The notes beneath the pieces are model-generated. The model saw nothing but the letters and a program-made list of their open reading frames with translations. It did no database searches and was not told the origin of the DNA. A stretch of DNA of 64,000 bases from Bacteroidales bacterium (GTDB lineage Bacteria > Bacteroidota > Bacteroidia > Bacteroidales > UBA3824): positions 51,740-115,739 of the forward strand of contig JAZLKG010000035.1 in assembly GCA_045597465.1 (NCBI GenBank), given 5' to 3'. Position 1 is the stretch's first letter. The number at the start of each line of letters is the position of its first letter. A program made the position numbers and the translations under genes. Below are positions 9,483-20,315 of this stretch, one piece after another.

Positions 9483-10090
9483 TTCAAGAATTTGTCTAAT
9501 GTTTCGTAAAGGTCCTCCTGATGCTCCAGTCTTATTGTTTGCAGGCCGGCTTGTCGGGCTCCTTCTATGTTGTCCATCCTGTCGTCAATGAAGACTGTCT
9601 CGCTTGGGCTGATTCCCGCGTCGGCTATCACCCATTGGAAACATTCCAGGTCGGGTTTTCTATAGTGTATCTCGTTGGAATAGTATATCTTGTCGAAAAG
9701 TCCCTTTCTCCACATGGCCATTGGCTCCAGGTATTCCACGTGTATCTGGTTGGTGTTGCTCAATACGAATAGTTTGTATCCATCATTTTTCAGCTTTTCC
9801 AGGAATGGATTGTTGTCCCCGGGGTATGATATTATCATCGCATTCCAGCATTCGTCGAAAGTCCTGCTGTCGATATCGAGTCCAAACATTGAGTTGAATC
9901 CATTTCGGAAGTCCTGTGGAGAGATTTTTCCAGTTTCGAAAAGCATGAACAATTCGCTTTCTACAAGTCTTATGTAACTTTGGTTAACATTCTGTAAACC
10001 ATTGTTTTGGAATCTATTCTTTGTTTCATCGTTATTAATTGGAAACAAAACACCGCCCAAGTCGAAAATTATATTTTTAATTTTTTTCAT
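9479..10090 (-). CDS. HAD-superfamily hydrolase (subfamily IA)
   Basis: HAD motif I (IIFDLGGVL), motif II (LSNT) and motif III/IV (FIDDRMDN). I trimmed the ORF-track start to ATG 10090-10088. Confidence 0.85.
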   Translation of the reverse strand: MKKIKNIIFDLGGVLFPINNDETKNRFQNNGLQNVNQSYIRLVESELFMLFETGKISPQDFRNGFNSMFGLDIDSRTFDECWNAMIISYPGDNNPFLEKLKNDGYKLFVLSNTNQIHVEYLEPMAMWRKGLFDKIYYSNEIHYRKPDLECFQWVIADAGISPSETVFIDDRMDNIEGARQAGLQTIRLEHQEDLYETLDKFLK

Positions 10091-10165
10091 AAAAAAGTGT
10101 TTAAAAAATTTTGTATTCCGAAAATTGTGTTTACCTTTGCATCGCAAAACGAAATCAAATTCGTC

Positions 10166-10239
10166 GGGCCCATAGCTCAGTTGGTTAGAGCACCTGACTC
10201 ATAATCAGGGAGTCCTAGGTTCAAGCCCTAGTGGGCCCA
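10166..10239 (+). tRNA. tRNA with anticodon CAT (elongator Met or lysidine-modified Ile2)
   Basis: A hand-folded 74-nt cloverleaf: acceptor GGGCCCA/TGGGCCC, D arm GCTC-AGTTGGTTA-GAGC, anticodon arm CCTGA-CTCATAA-TCAGG, T arm CTAGG-TTCAAGC-CCTAG, discriminator A. CCA is not encoded. Confidence 0.9.
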
Positions 10240-10245
10240 CTGGAG

Positions 10246-10279
10246 ATAGCTGCAAATCATATTTGCAGCTATTTTTTTA
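10246..10279 (+). terminator. Rho-independent terminator after the tRNA
   Basis: A 12-bp stem (ATAGCTGCAAAT / ATTTGCAGCTAT) with loop CAT, followed by T7. The T-run overlaps the dnaG stop codon. Confidence 0.7.
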
Positions 10280-12274
10280 TATTATGATAATCCTCTTAAG
10301 GTTTTGCGACAGAGCTTTCTCTACGTCTTTCAGTTGACGCACTCGCTCCATGATCTCCTTCAAATCCTCTGGCTTGCTGCTCTTTAGCTGTTCCAGAGTT
10401 TCCTTTGTGGCCAGCCTTATCACTTTTAGTTTGTAGCTGTTGATGGTTTTGGGTATATCGTTCCTGAAAGTGTCTTCGGGCATGTTGCATTTGGTTCCAC
10501 GCTTTTCCCAGAGAGCGCTCAGTGTGTCGCGTGGAATTGTAACCTCGCAAGCCAGTTCCCTGATCTGCTCGTCGGGATGATTCAGGAAATAGTTTGTGTC
10601 TATGGCCTCGCCGCTTTCCAGATGCGCTATGTACTCGTCGAATACTTTCTTGTATTTCAGGTTTTTGAGTTCCATATTCTCGTTCAGCAGCTCCGCGATT
10701 ATGTAAGTAGCCACGTTGATGGAGTTTACCTGTCCGGTAGCGGCATCAGTATAGCTCTCGAACTCCAGGTTACCGTAGTTTATCAGATAGCTGGCAATTT
10801 CTTTTTCCTCGATATCGGCGCTTATGCCGGTCACAAATGACGGCACAGCCACGCTCCCCTCTCCCATCAGCTCTGGAGGCATCATCATTTCGTCGGTAGG
10901 CTCTGCCGGAGTTGTGGCCTCGCCTGCCTGCACAATGCCCTGGCGGAACTTCTGTTTCATCTCCTCCTCGTGGTTTTTCTTGAGGGTTCGTCCGGTTTCC
11001 TGATACAGCGCATCTTCTTTTACATCGAGCAGCCTGCTGCACTCCTTTATGTAAACCGATCTTGTTACAGCATTCGAAATCTTTGATATAGAGTTAATTA
11101 TGCTGTTGATAACCTCGGCTTTCCTGAGGGGATCTTCGGCATCTTTCAGTAGGATTCTGGTCTTGAATTTTATGAAATCCTCCTCGTGTGCATCAATGTA
11201 TTCCTGAAGCTCTTGCGGAGTGTGGCTTCTCGCAAACGAGTCGGGGTCTTCGGGTTCCGGCAATAGCACCACTTTTACGTTTATGTCCTGCTCCAGTATC
11301 AGGTCGATACCTCTCAGCGAGGCCTTTATTCCAGCCCAGTCACCGTCGTATATTACAGTTAGATTGCTTGTAAAGCGCTTTATTACAGATATTTGACCCG
11401 GAGTCAGCGATGTTCCCGAGCTGGCCACGGTGTTGGTGACGCCCGACTGATGCATGCTTATCACATCGCAGTATCCCTCGCACAGGTAGCACTTGTCGCG
11501 CCTTACAATTTCATTTTTGGCCTGATATATACCATACAGGACATTGCTCTTGTGGTAAACTTCAGATTCAGGCGAGTTTACATACTTGGCCATCTTCTTG
11601 TCGTTCTGCATGATACGGCCGCCAAAGGCCACCACCTTGCCGGCAATGGAGTGTATTGGGAAAATCACCCGTCCACAAAAACGGTCGAACTTGTATCCAT
11701 CTTCTTTTACGATAGATAATCCCGTCTTTTCCAGGAACTTAAGTTTGTATCCCTTGCTAAGTGCTTCATTAGTAAGGGCCTGGCGGTTTTGTGGAGAATA
11801 TCCGAGCTGAAACTTCTTTATGGTTTCGTCGGTAAAGCCTCTGTGCTGAAAATATGTGAGAGCTATGGCCCGTCCTTCTTCGCTGTCAGTGAGCTGTTTG
11901 GAGAAGAATTCCGCTGCGAATTGGTTTACAATTCCCATACTCTCCCTCTCTTCGTGCTCTTCCTTCTCCTGCTCCGTAAACTCTTTTTCCTTTATGTGTA
12001 TGCCGTATTTCTTGGCCAGATATTTAAGAGCCTCGGGATAAGTCATGTTTTCGTGACGCATTACAAACGACACAGGGCTGCCGGCCGCTCCGCATCCAAA
12101 GCATTTGAAAATGTTTTTGGCGGGCGATACCGACATCGACGGCGTTTTCTCGTTGTGGAACGGACAACAGCCGATGTAGTTGGTTCCACGGCGTTTCAGC
12201 GTCATAAAATCCTGCACAACATCCAGGATTTGGGCCGTCTCAAGTATTTTCTGTACAGTTTGATTGTCTATCAT
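10277..12274 (-). CDS. dnaG: DNA primase
   Basis: 665 aa with a CHC2 zinc finger (CPFHNEKTPSMSV...CFGCG) and TOPRIM motifs (EGYCDVIS, DGDWAG). Confidence 0.95.
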   Translation of the reverse strand: MIDNQTVQKILETAQILDVVQDFMTLKRRGTNYIGCCPFHNEKTPSMSVSPAKNIFKCFGCGAAGSPVSFVMRHENMTYPEALKYLAKKYGIHIKEKEFTEQEKEEHEERESMGIVNQFAAEFFSKQLTDSEEGRAIALTYFQHRGFTDETIKKFQLGYSPQNRQALTNEALSKGYKLKFLEKTGLSIVKEDGYKFDRFCGRVIFPIHSIAGKVVAFGGRIMQNDKKMAKYVNSPESEVYHKSNVLYGIYQAKNEIVRRDKCYLCEGYCDVISMHQSGVTNTVASSGTSLTPGQISVIKRFTSNLTVIYDGDWAGIKASLRGIDLILEQDINVKVVLLPEPEDPDSFARSHTPQELQEYIDAHEEDFIKFKTRILLKDAEDPLRKAEVINSIINSISKISNAVTRSVYIKECSRLLDVKEDALYQETGRTLKKNHEEEMKQKFRQGIVQAGEATTPAEPTDEMMMPPELMGEGSVAVPSFVTGISADIEEKEIASYLINYGNLEFESYTDAATGQVNSINVATYIIAELLNENMELKNLKYKKVFDEYIAHLESGEAIDTNYFLNHPDEQIRELACEVTIPRDTLSALWEKRGTKCNMPEDTFRNDIPKTINSYKLKVIRLATKETLEQLKSSKPEDLKEIMERVRQLKDVEKALSQNLKRIIII

Positions 12275-12298
12275 AGCGTTTATGGCCTGTTTTCATTG

Positions 12299-12306
12299 CA
12301 AAAGTA
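12299..12306 (-). promoter_or_regulatory. -7 promoter box TACTTTTG for dnaG
   Basis: Perfect TAnnTTTG on the minus strand, 25 nt upstream of the dnaG ATG. Confidence 0.5.
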
Positions 12307-12365
12307 CAAAATAAAGATGCAAAAATTTTAAAAAAATTCTGATTTTTTATAAAAGAAATATTTCT

Positions 12366-12373
12366 TAATTTTG
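12366..12373 (+). promoter_or_regulatory. -7 promoter box TAATTTTG
   Basis: Perfect TAnnTTTG, 45 nt upstream of ATG 12418. Confidence 0.5.
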
Positions 12374-12417
12374 TAGCATCCAATGTTATTACGTACAATT
12401 AAGCAAATACAAGCCAA

Positions 12418-14646
12418 ATGAAGAAAGGTAAATACCTTAGGGGCACGAGGTTGAGCGACTCCCCCACCCTACAGACAGCTGTAGCCGATTTCCAATCGCC
12501 GTTGACGAAGGATAATGATGGATTTTTGAAGAAATGGCTTCCGATAATCCTGATTATCTTCTTAACCGGTTTTGTATATTCGTATAGTCTCGACAACGAC
12601 ACAACCAATTGGGACGATGATAAATATACAGATAATGAATTACTTAAATCAACCGACCAATCCACTATATCCAAGATGTTTGCATCCGACGATCCCGAGG
12701 AGTTGTATTTCATGGGCAACTACCACCCTCTTACGATGCTTTCTCTAAATCTGGATTATCAGAGGGCTGATATGAAACCCAACGGCAAGCCCTACCCTAT
12801 CGTGTTCATTATCACCAACATAGCTTTGCATTTGCTTTGTTGTTTCTTGATATACCTTGTATTTGCTCAGCTTTTTTCTAAGAAAATTTATCCTATAGTA
12901 ATAGCGCTATTGTTTGGTATACATACTTTGCATGTGGAATCTGTGACGTGGATATCAGAAAGAAAAGACGTTTTGTACACTATGTTTTATTTTCTGTCGC
13001 TATATTGTTACATTCTCTATAAACGGAAACTAAATGTAATGTTTTATATACTATCTCTTATAATATTCATTCTCAGTGCATTATCTAAGGGACAAGCAGT
13101 TTCGTTATCCATTACATTATTCCTGATTGATTACCTGATTAGCGAAGATTATCTAAATTGGAAAACACATCTCAATAAGATTCCTTTCCTCGCAATCTCG
13201 CTGGTCTTTGGCCTTATATCTATAAATGCTCAGGCGTCTTCCACAGCATTGGCCGAGACAGATCAGTACGAGCTTTATCAGAGGCTTGCTTTTGGTTCAA
13301 ATGGTTTCGTGCAATACATTCTCAGGTTTATCCTTCCGGTAAATCTGGCAAATCTTTATCCATATCCTGATATCATAAATCGCACAGTACCAGTTATTTA
13401 TTGGTTGTGCATACCTGTATTTGTGGCAGTTGTGCTGCTTAGTTTCTTTATCTATAAGAAAAACAAGCCTCTAACATTTGGTCTTCTGTTTTTTGTAGCC
13501 AATATAGCATTGCTTCTGCAGTTTATCCCTGTAGGTAGCGCGATGTATTCCGATCGATATATCTACATACCCAGTGTTGGACTTACAGTCTTGGTTGCTT
13601 ATCTTCTGGATTGGCTTATGGAGAAATACAGAAAAATGAGTACTGTATTTTACATAATATTTTCTATATATTCGTTACTTCTCTGTTATCTTACTATACA
13701 AAGGGAAAAAGTATGGCACGATTCAGGATCTTTGTGGAGCGATTGCCTTTCCAAATACCCTGAAGCTGTCATCGGATGGAACAATTTAGGCTCTTATAAC
13801 AACATGATTGCTGACTCTCTTTACAAGAAAACAGATGATAGCAAATTTATTGAATATAAGAAATCTGCCATAGATTGTTTTACCAACGGAATTAAATACA
13901 AACCCGACTATGTTCACTCGTTTTTCAATAGGGGACTGGCCAACAAGGATTTGTATGATCTTACACAAGATACGGTATATCTAAAAGCCGCACTTAGTGA
14001 TTACAACAATGCCATCAACTTCAACCTCAATTTTGCCCCGGCTTTTCAGAACCGCGCCCTCATCTATGATTTGCGCGTAGAGCAGTTTATGGGTCAGGGG
14101 ATGAGAGACTCGGCCAATTATTACACGAACCTGGCTCTCAGCGACTACAACCGCGCCATTGACCTCGATCCCAAACTGGTGGAGGTGTATATGAATCGTG
14201 GTACAACTTACGGAAAATCAGGCAATTTCGCCAAATCGATAGAGGATTTCAACACATTCCTGACGTATAAACCCAATACGGCTTCGCTGTATTCCAATAT
14301 GGGACTTGCCCATAACGGGCTGCATCAGTACGATATGGCGCTTCAGGATTTCCAGAAATCTATTGAGCTCGATCCCAATGCTGAAAGTGTTTATTACAAC
14401 AGGTCGCTAACATACAGAATATTAGGTGATTCGCTAAGGGATGCAAAATATTATCAGTTGGCTGTAGATGATATGACAAAATGCATTGAGCTGTCGCCCC
14501 GCAAGCCAATGTACTATTATTACCGCGGTGTATACAACAGGCTTATGAACAATAGGGGAGAGGCCTGCGACGATTTCAGTTCGGCATACAATATGAATTA
14601 TGAGCCTGCTAAGTATTTCATCGACAATTATTGCAATTCAAGATAA
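12418..14646 (+). CDS. Polytopic membrane protein with C-terminal TPR array (PMT_2/TMTC-like glycosyltransferase architecture)
   Basis: 742 aa. The N-terminal 430 aa or so contain about 11 TM helices and a WDDDKYTDN loop motif. The C-terminal 300 aa or so are TPR repeats (AFQNRALIY, YMNRGTTYGKSGNFAKSIEDF, and others). Confidence 0.65.
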   Translation: MKKGKYLRGTRLSDSPTLQTAVADFQSPLTKDNDGFLKKWLPIILIIFLTGFVYSYSLDNDTTNWDDDKYTDNELLKSTDQSTISKMFASDDPEELYFMGNYHPLTMLSLNLDYQRADMKPNGKPYPIVFIITNIALHLLCCFLIYLVFAQLFSKKIYPIVIALLFGIHTLHVESVTWISERKDVLYTMFYFLSLYCYILYKRKLNVMFYILSLIIFILSALSKGQAVSLSITLFLIDYLISEDYLNWKTHLNKIPFLAISLVFGLISINAQASSTALAETDQYELYQRLAFGSNGFVQYILRFILPVNLANLYPYPDIINRTVPVIYWLCIPVFVAVVLLSFFIYKKNKPLTFGLLFFVANIALLLQFIPVGSAMYSDRYIYIPSVGLTVLVAYLLDWLMEKYRKMSTVFYIIFSIYSLLLCYLTIQREKVWHDSGSLWSDCLSKYPEAVIGWNNLGSYNNMIADSLYKKTDDSKFIEYKKSAIDCFTNGIKYKPDYVHSFFNRGLANKDLYDLTQDTVYLKAALSDYNNAINFNLNFAPAFQNRALIYDLRVEQFMGQGMRDSANYYTNLALSDYNRAIDLDPKLVEVYMNRGTTYGKSGNFAKSIEDFNTFLTYKPNTASLYSNMGLAHNGLHQYDMALQDFQKSIELDPNAESVYYNRSLTYRILGDSLRDAKYYQLAVDDMTKCIELSPRKPMYYYYRGVYNRLMNNRGEACDDFSSAYNMNYEPAKYFIDNYCNSR

Positions 14647-14700
14647 ATGAATTGGAATTAATTTTTTGAAAAAAAATTTTGTTGGTAATAAATAATTTTC

Positions 14701-14708
14701 TATTTTTG
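14701..14708 (+). promoter_or_regulatory. -7 promoter box TATTTTTG
   Basis: Perfect TAnnTTTG, 27 nt upstream of the TTG start at 14735. Confidence 0.45.
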
Positions 14709-14734
14709 CCATAACAAACCAATGCGCCTCTGTT

Positions 14735-15682
14735 TTGAAAAGTATATTTACAATAGTTGCTCTTAATTGGTTGTTCATAAGTTGCCTTTTTGCACAGACC
14801 AAAGATACTTATGAAGGTCAGCTTGTAAATGTAACAGACAAGAACAATCTGAAGCAGGGATTATGGGTGTATTATTATGATACACTGCACACTAAGGTCT
14901 CCTGCAAGGGTAATTTCGTAAATGACAAAAGGGAAGGGGTTTGGACAACCTTTTACCGGACGGGAACTGTCAAGAGTACAATAACATACGTCAACAACAA
15001 AGAGTCTGGATATGTTAGATTCTATTACGAAGACGGTAAAATTTCGGAAGAAGGAACCTGGATAAACAACCATTGGGTAGGGGAGTACCGGTATTATCAT
15101 TCCTCTGGACAGCTTGCGTATGAGTGGAATCATGACGAAACTGGACGAAGAACCGGGCTTCAGCAGTATTATTATGACAATGGAAAGCTGATGGTTTCGG
15201 GTAACTGGGTGGCCGGTAGGGAAGAGGGTACAATCTCTCATTACTACGACAATGGTAAGTTGAAGAGCGAGAGTCAATGGAAAAACGGATATGCCGATGG
15301 TGTTATGAAGGAATACTACGCCGACGGTTCTGTTTTGGCCGAGAGAGTGTTCAACAATGGTGTGTATGACGCTGTGGCCTCCAGGATTTATCGCGATCAG
15401 CAAAAGATTGACAAACCCTCTGACATTATTGTTTCTCCTGCTGTGGGAGAACAGGATACAACCAATTACATTGTAATGCCTCAGGACCAGAGTCCAGAGC
15501 TGTTTACTGGTACGGGATTTCATAGATTCTATAATTCCAACAACCAGATCGACCGAGAGGGCAACTTTGTGAACGGTAATATGATAAGTGGTAAGAAGTA
15601 TTATTACAATGCCAACGGCAGGTTAGTACGTATAGCCATTTATGACAATGGCCGCATTGTTAATACAATCGATAAGGAATAG
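14735..15682 (+). CDS. Secreted MORN-variant repeat protein (second paralog type)
   Basis: 315 aa with an apparent TTG start, a signal peptide (MKSIFTIVALNWLFISCLFAQ) and repeats of the form G.W..YY..GK....G. Confidence 0.65.
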   Translation: MKSIFTIVALNWLFISCLFAQTKDTYEGQLVNVTDKNNLKQGLWVYYYDTLHTKVSCKGNFVNDKREGVWTTFYRTGTVKSTITYVNNKESGYVRFYYEDGKISEEGTWINNHWVGEYRYYHSSGQLAYEWNHDETGRRTGLQQYYYDNGKLMVSGNWVAGREEGTISHYYDNGKLKSESQWKNGYADGVMKEYYADGSVLAERVFNNGVYDAVASRIYRDQQKIDKPSDIIVSPAVGEQDTTNYIVMPQDQSPELFTGTGFHRFYNSNNQIDREGNFVNGNMISGKKYYYNANGRLVRIAIYDNGRIVNTIDKE

Positions 15683-15818
15683 ATGATTTTGATTTTAAGT
15701 TGTTATTTGTATTTGGCTGTCGGCGGGATTCGTTCCCGTCGGCAGTTTTTTTTGCATATGTGAAAATCTTTTATTATTATTGCATTTTGAAAAAAACGAA
15801 ACTTCATATTAGCACAAA

Positions 15819-17300
15819 ATGGATACAAACTTACTGGTTTACAATTCGTTGAGCAGAACGATGCAGAAATTCGAGCCTGTTAATCCGCCATACGTGGGAA
15901 TGTACGTATGCGGACCTACAGTATATGGCCCGGCTCATCTCGGCCATGCTCGTCCTGCTATTACATTTGACCTCATTTTCAGATATTTGAGATATCTTGG
16001 CTACAAGGTGAGATACGTAAGGAACATCACCGACGTTGGGCATCTGGAGCATGATGCCGATGAGGGTGACGACAAGATTGCAAAGAAGGCAACTCTCGAG
16101 AATCTGGAGCCTATGGAGGTAGTTCAGATGTATACCGAGGATTACCACAAGATTATGCGCCTTCTCAACGTGCTGCCTCCTTCCATTGAGCCTCATGCAT
16201 CAGGCCATATCATTGAGCAGCAGGCTCTTGTTCAGAAAATTCTTGACAATGGGTTTGCATACGAGAGCAATGGTTCGATATATTTCGATATAAAGAAGTA
16301 CGCTGAGAAATACCGCTACGGAAAACTGTCGGGTCGCAATGTGGACGATCTTCTGGAGAAGACACGTTCTCTCGACGGGCAGGACGAGAAACGCAATCAG
16401 TGTGATTTTGCTCTGTGGAAAAAGGCTTCGCCACGCCACATCATGCACTGGCCAAGCAAATGGAGTGAGGGTTTCCCTGGATGGCACTTGGAGTGTACTG
16501 CAATGAGTACCAAGTATTTGGGTGAGTATTTCGATATCCACGGCGGTGGCATCGACCTTCAGTTTCCTCATCATGAGTGCGAGATTGCGCAGGCTGTGGG
16601 CGCTCTCGGCCACGATTCTGTAAAATACTGGCTTCACAACAATATGATCACCATCAATGGCAAGAAGATGGGCAAGTCGCTCGGCAACGCCATGAGCCTT
16701 GAGCAGTTCTTTGCAGGCGATCATCCATTGCTGGAGCAGCCATATAGCCCTATGACAGTGAGATTCTTTGTGCTTCAGGCTCATTACCGCAGTACTCTCG
16801 ATTTCAGCAACGAGGCTTTGCAGGCATCAGAGAAGGGACTTGAGAAACTCATGAATGCCATAGAGTCGCTTAAGGGCATCAAGCCAGGCAATTCGTCCTC
16901 ATTCTCCGTTAAGGAGCTATCCGACAAGTGTTTCGATGCACTTAATCAGGATTTCAACACACCTGTGATGATATCGCATCTTTACGACGGTGTAAAACAC
17001 ATAAACCTGATGAAAGATGGCAAGGAAACCCTGACTGCCGAGGACCTCGATGCGTTGCGCAAGCTCTACAACGATACATGCTTCGAAATCATGGGCCTTA
17101 TGAGCAATTCTTCATCCGCCGACACAAAATCGGACAATAAGGAAGTGATTGGAAATCTGGTGGATATGATACAGCAGCTTAGAAAAAGCGCCAAGGCTGA
17201 CAAGAATTACGCATTATCTGACAAGCTCCGCGATGACCTGAAGGCCGCCGGTGTAAACATCAAAGATACCCGCGACGGCTACGAGTGGTCTTTGGAGTAA
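15819..17300 (+). CDS. cysS: Cysteine--tRNA ligase
   Basis: 493 aa with HIGH-type HLGHARP, KMSKS-type KMGKSLGN and the Zn-binding class I CysRS layout. Confidence 0.95.
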   Translation: MDTNLLVYNSLSRTMQKFEPVNPPYVGMYVCGPTVYGPAHLGHARPAITFDLIFRYLRYLGYKVRYVRNITDVGHLEHDADEGDDKIAKKATLENLEPMEVVQMYTEDYHKIMRLLNVLPPSIEPHASGHIIEQQALVQKILDNGFAYESNGSIYFDIKKYAEKYRYGKLSGRNVDDLLEKTRSLDGQDEKRNQCDFALWKKASPRHIMHWPSKWSEGFPGWHLECTAMSTKYLGEYFDIHGGGIDLQFPHHECEIAQAVGALGHDSVKYWLHNNMITINGKKMGKSLGNAMSLEQFFAGDHPLLEQPYSPMTVRFFVLQAHYRSTLDFSNEALQASEKGLEKLMNAIESLKGIKPGNSSSFSVKELSDKCFDALNQDFNTPVMISHLYDGVKHINLMKDGKETLTAEDLDALRKLYNDTCFEIMGLMSNSSSADTKSDNKEVIGNLVDMIQQLRKSAKADKNYALSDKLRDDLKAAGVNIKDTRDGYEWSLE

Positions 17301-17320
17301 TTTTCAGCATATTGATACCT

Positions 17321-17357
17321 AAAAAGGCAGGTTCGTTATCAGAACCTGCCTTTTTTT
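17321..17357. terminator. Bidirectional rho-independent terminator
   Basis: AAAAAGGCAGGTTC-GTTATCA-GAACCTGCCTTTTT forms a 14-bp stem flanked by an A-run and a T-run, between the convergent cysS gene and the 17382 gene. Confidence 0.75.
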
Positions 17358-17381
17358 ATGTCTGCATTGCAATCTCAGCTG

Positions 17382-18149
17382 CTATTTCCTGAATGCGGGA
17401 GTGTTGATAAGTCCCGAATGCCTTACAATGTCGATTTTGGCGCTGCCAAGCACCAGGCTGCACTGGGCGCGGATGGGGATCTTGTTGTCGTCGGCCGATA
17501 TCCACATCTTCAGGGCGTCCTTGTCGGTAAACACGCCGCCTTTTTCCACCATCGGCACAAACTTGTAGCATTTTATCTTGCCTAGTTTGGAGATCTTGAC
17601 ATCCTCGGTGCAGATATATTTGAGCACCAGCGGCCAGTTTTCCTCACCAAAGAAAGTATTCAGCTTAATTGTCTGTCCGGCTGTCAGTTTCGATAAGTCC
17701 ATGGTCCTTATCTTGTAGCATGCGGCTATAATGTCGTAGCATTCGTCCAGAATGCTGTGCTCGCCAGAGTGCGAGCTGTTCACCTTGTGGTTTTCGTGGT
17801 CGAATTGGTAAGTGATATAGCGCTTGTATTCAGCACTTTCCCTAACATTCTTGAGAGCGTGACGGGGTAGGAGAGTGGTTTGGTCGCTCCAGGCCTCGTA
17901 GTCCTCCATTATGTGGTAGATCTTGTCGATAAGGCCCACTGTGTTGCCCTTTGCCACCAGGTGTATCAGATTCTCGCCGTTCTCTTCTACCTCGCTGGTC
18001 TGCATAGTCAGCTTGCCTCCGGTAACGAACGCATAATAGATCTCATAGTCTATCTTCTCGTTTTTGCCGATAGACACTCCTACCTGCGCCATGCAGTCAG
18101 CGCACAATATCAGAAGAAGCGCTGTCAGCGGCATAATTAATTTTCTCAT
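17382..18149 (-). CDS. Secreted hypothetical protein (DUF3108-like)
   Basis: 255 aa with a signal peptide (MRKLIMPLTALLLILCADCMAQ). The DUF3108 assignment is from memory of the family's appearance and has not been verified. Confidence 0.45.
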   Translation of the reverse strand: MRKLIMPLTALLLILCADCMAQVGVSIGKNEKIDYEIYYAFVTGGKLTMQTSEVEENGENLIHLVAKGNTVGLIDKIYHIMEDYEAWSDQTTLLPRHALKNVRESAEYKRYITYQFDHENHKVNSSHSGEHSILDECYDIIAACYKIRTMDLSKLTAGQTIKLNTFFGEENWPLVLKYICTEDVKISKLGKIKCYKFVPMVEKGGVFTDKDALKMWISADDNKIPIRAQCSLVLGSAKIDIVRHSGLINTPAFRK

Positions 18150-18156
18150 AGGCTGA

Positions 18157-18852
18157 TTAATTGGTTTTTAGCACGTTTTTCTTGCTTACCGTTGCCACAA
18201 AGTCCTTCAGGTAGAAAGGCTCGAAATATGCCACATCAACCCAATCGTTGTTGGCGAAGGCTTTGGCAGTAAGGGGAGCCATGTATGCCGCCGACGTTGT
18301 GATCTCGGGCATGAAAACCGCATTTTGGTTTTTAATAATATTGCTCATCTTTTGAGCGCCGTTGCCTACGAAAATCATCCTGCCCTTGGCCATGATGTCG
18401 GCGAAACTATCCTCTGTGATAATCTCGGCCAAACAATCACGAATCGGGCGATTCTCCATATCAAACAATTCGGAATATACCTCGTTGCGTCCAGCGTCTA
18501 TTGTGGCGCAGATTATGGCATCGGCCTCGTTTGTTCTATTAGATGCTTCCAGGGCCATGGCTTGAAGGGTGTCTATGGCCAAAAGTTTTATGCCGGCCTG
18601 ATACGCCATTCCCTTGCCTGTGCTTGTGCCTATGCGCAGTCCCGTGTATGAACCCGGTCCCTTGGATACTGCCACCCCTGCCAAGTCATCGACTTTTAGA
18701 TTGTTGGCCTTCAGCAGCTCTTGCACGTAGAGCGCTGTGGTTGAGGCGTGGTTTCTTGATTGGTTTTCGCGCTTGTCTATAACCTCGGCATCTCGGCTCA
18801 ATGCCACCGAGCATATATCGGTAGACGTCTCTATGTTGATGAAGTAGCTCAT
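18157..18852 (-). CDS. tsaB: tRNA threonylcarbamoyladenosine biosynthesis protein TsaB
   Basis: 231 aa. IETSTDICSVAL ... GPGSYTGLRIG is the characteristic TsaB/YeaZ signature. Confidence 0.9.
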   Translation of the reverse strand: MSYFINIETSTDICSVALSRDAEVIDKRENQSRNHASTTALYVQELLKANNLKVDDLAGVAVSKGPGSYTGLRIGTSTGKGMAYQAGIKLLAIDTLQAMALEASNRTNEADAIICATIDAGRNEVYSELFDMENRPIRDCLAEIITEDSFADIMAKGRMIFVGNGAQKMSNIIKNQNAVFMPEITTSAAYMAPLTAKAFANNDWVDVAYFEPFYLKDFVATVSKKNVLKTN

Positions 18853-18857
18853 GGTAA

Positions 18858-19898
18858 TTATTCCTCGTTTTCGTAATATATCTGATAAAATTTCATACCT
18901 GTCTCGGGATCAATGCCTTTCACGATCTTGCTATCGTCGCCGTGTATGTATATGTGGAAGTTTTTGTCGAGTTTCAGCACGCCTTTCATCTTGCTCTGCT
19001 GTTTTTTGGCAGCGTTGTTGCTTACTCCAAAATCGTCCTTGAACTCCACCTTCTTTTCCTCCGCGTATTGTTGCTGATACTCGTTGAATGCCTCTATCAC
19101 CTCGGGCTGCGAGAGCACGTTGTCCTCGAAGTCCTGCTTGTTGAAAGTCTCATTCTCCTTGAAGTAATTGGCTGATTTGTTGAGCATTGCAATCTGCTGA
19201 GGTTTCTCTACCTCGTGTTCCTCGTTGTATACCTCCTTTACGAAATCCTTGCAGAGCTCCATGTATTTCTGAGTCTGGTAGAAATCGTCTTTGCGCTGCT
19301 CTATACCCAGAAAATCGTTACGCCAATACTGGGCCTCCTGCTTGTTTACGGTGTCAATGATGTTTATCTTGTATCCAAACTCCTCCTCGGTGTTGTAGAT
19401 GAGGGCCGCCTTGTCTATCTTGTTCAGGTTGATTCCTTCCTCTATCTTGATATCGAAACCGTTGCTGCCGGGCCTTATCTGCAGAAAATCCTGTTTGGTC
19501 TCGCTCTTGAAGATGCCTATGGCGTCCACAAGCTCGCCATCCACCACCAGGTCGGCAAACTGCGCTATGTACAGGTCGCCCGATTTTATTTTGGGGTTGT
19601 TGCCGGCGTCGAAGAGCTTTGTAGCTATCTTCTTGCTCTCTTCCACCAGGTTTTCGGGGTCCTGGAAAATCATCTTGGCCGATGCGTACACCTCGTTGTA
19701 CTCCAGCCCGTCTTCGCAGCAGAAATTGTAGAATGCCTCCTCACCGAAATGGCCCAGGAAAAACTCCAGCAGCAGGTTGTTGATAGTGGAATCCACCGAC
19801 AGCTCCGTATTCGACAATACCAGCTCCTCCTCGCGCGCCTTGTTGCCTGTCTTGTGCAATACAACGCCTTGGAGGCTTACATTTGAGAAATCTAACAT
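18858..19898 (-). CDS. Nucleoid-associated protein (NdpA/YejK-like)
   Basis: 346 aa. The N-terminus VVLHKTGNKAREEELVLSNTELSVDSTINNLLLEFFLGHF matches the 37-kDa nucleoid-associated family pattern. Confidence 0.65.
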   Translation of the reverse strand: MLDFSNVSLQGVVLHKTGNKAREEELVLSNTELSVDSTINNLLLEFFLGHFGEEAFYNFCCEDGLEYNEVYASAKMIFQDPENLVEESKKIATKLFDAGNNPKIKSGDLYIAQFADLVVDGELVDAIGIFKSETKQDFLQIRPGSNGFDIKIEEGINLNKIDKAALIYNTEEEFGYKINIIDTVNKQEAQYWRNDFLGIEQRKDDFYQTQKYMELCKDFVKEVYNEEHEVEKPQQIAMLNKSANYFKENETFNKQDFEDNVLSQPEVIEAFNEYQQQYAEEKKVEFKDDFGVSNNAAKKQQSKMKGVLKLDKNFHIYIHGDDSKIVKGIDPETGMKFYQIYYENEE

Positions 19899-20068
19899 AG
19901 TGTTTGTACTTTTTTGTTCTATAATATGGCAAAGATAAATAATTTTGTGCCAATATCATTTAAAAATATCGTAAATATTTAATTGATTATTTTAACACTC
20001 ATAGGTAATCGCTTATGATTTTCTGAACTATCCATTATTATTTTATTCTTTAGTTGATACCTCTCAGC

Positions 20069-20269
20069 ATGCCATTATCACTTGTATTTGTTGCCGTCAT
20101 CGTGGTTCTGATTCTTTTATCAGATGAATGGGCGCATGCGAACGGCTATTCTCCATCCATCAGGCACCACTATTCGCCAAACAGGTGTTTTTTAGGCACG
20201 GATATTGCTGTAAATCAATCACAATATCAAATTTTTTTAGAAAATTTTGACGTTTTGATACTATCATAA
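20069..20269 (+). CDS. Possible small membrane protein
   Basis: 66 aa from the ATG, with one TM helix (PLSLVFVAVIVVLILL). It lies in a 417-bp intergenic region. I have no homology support. Confidence 0.2.
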   Translation: MPLSLVFVAVIVVLILLSDEWAHANGYSPSIRHHYSPNRCFLGTDIAVNQSQYQIFLENFDVLILS

Positions 20270-20315
20270 GAAAATATTATGTATCTTAGCGCTGGATTTT
20301 TTTGGAAAGCTAATT

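Noticed and set aside
10007-10204. 65-aa plus-strand ORF.
   Set aside because: It overlaps the HAD gene start region and runs through the tRNA gene, which explains the sequence better.
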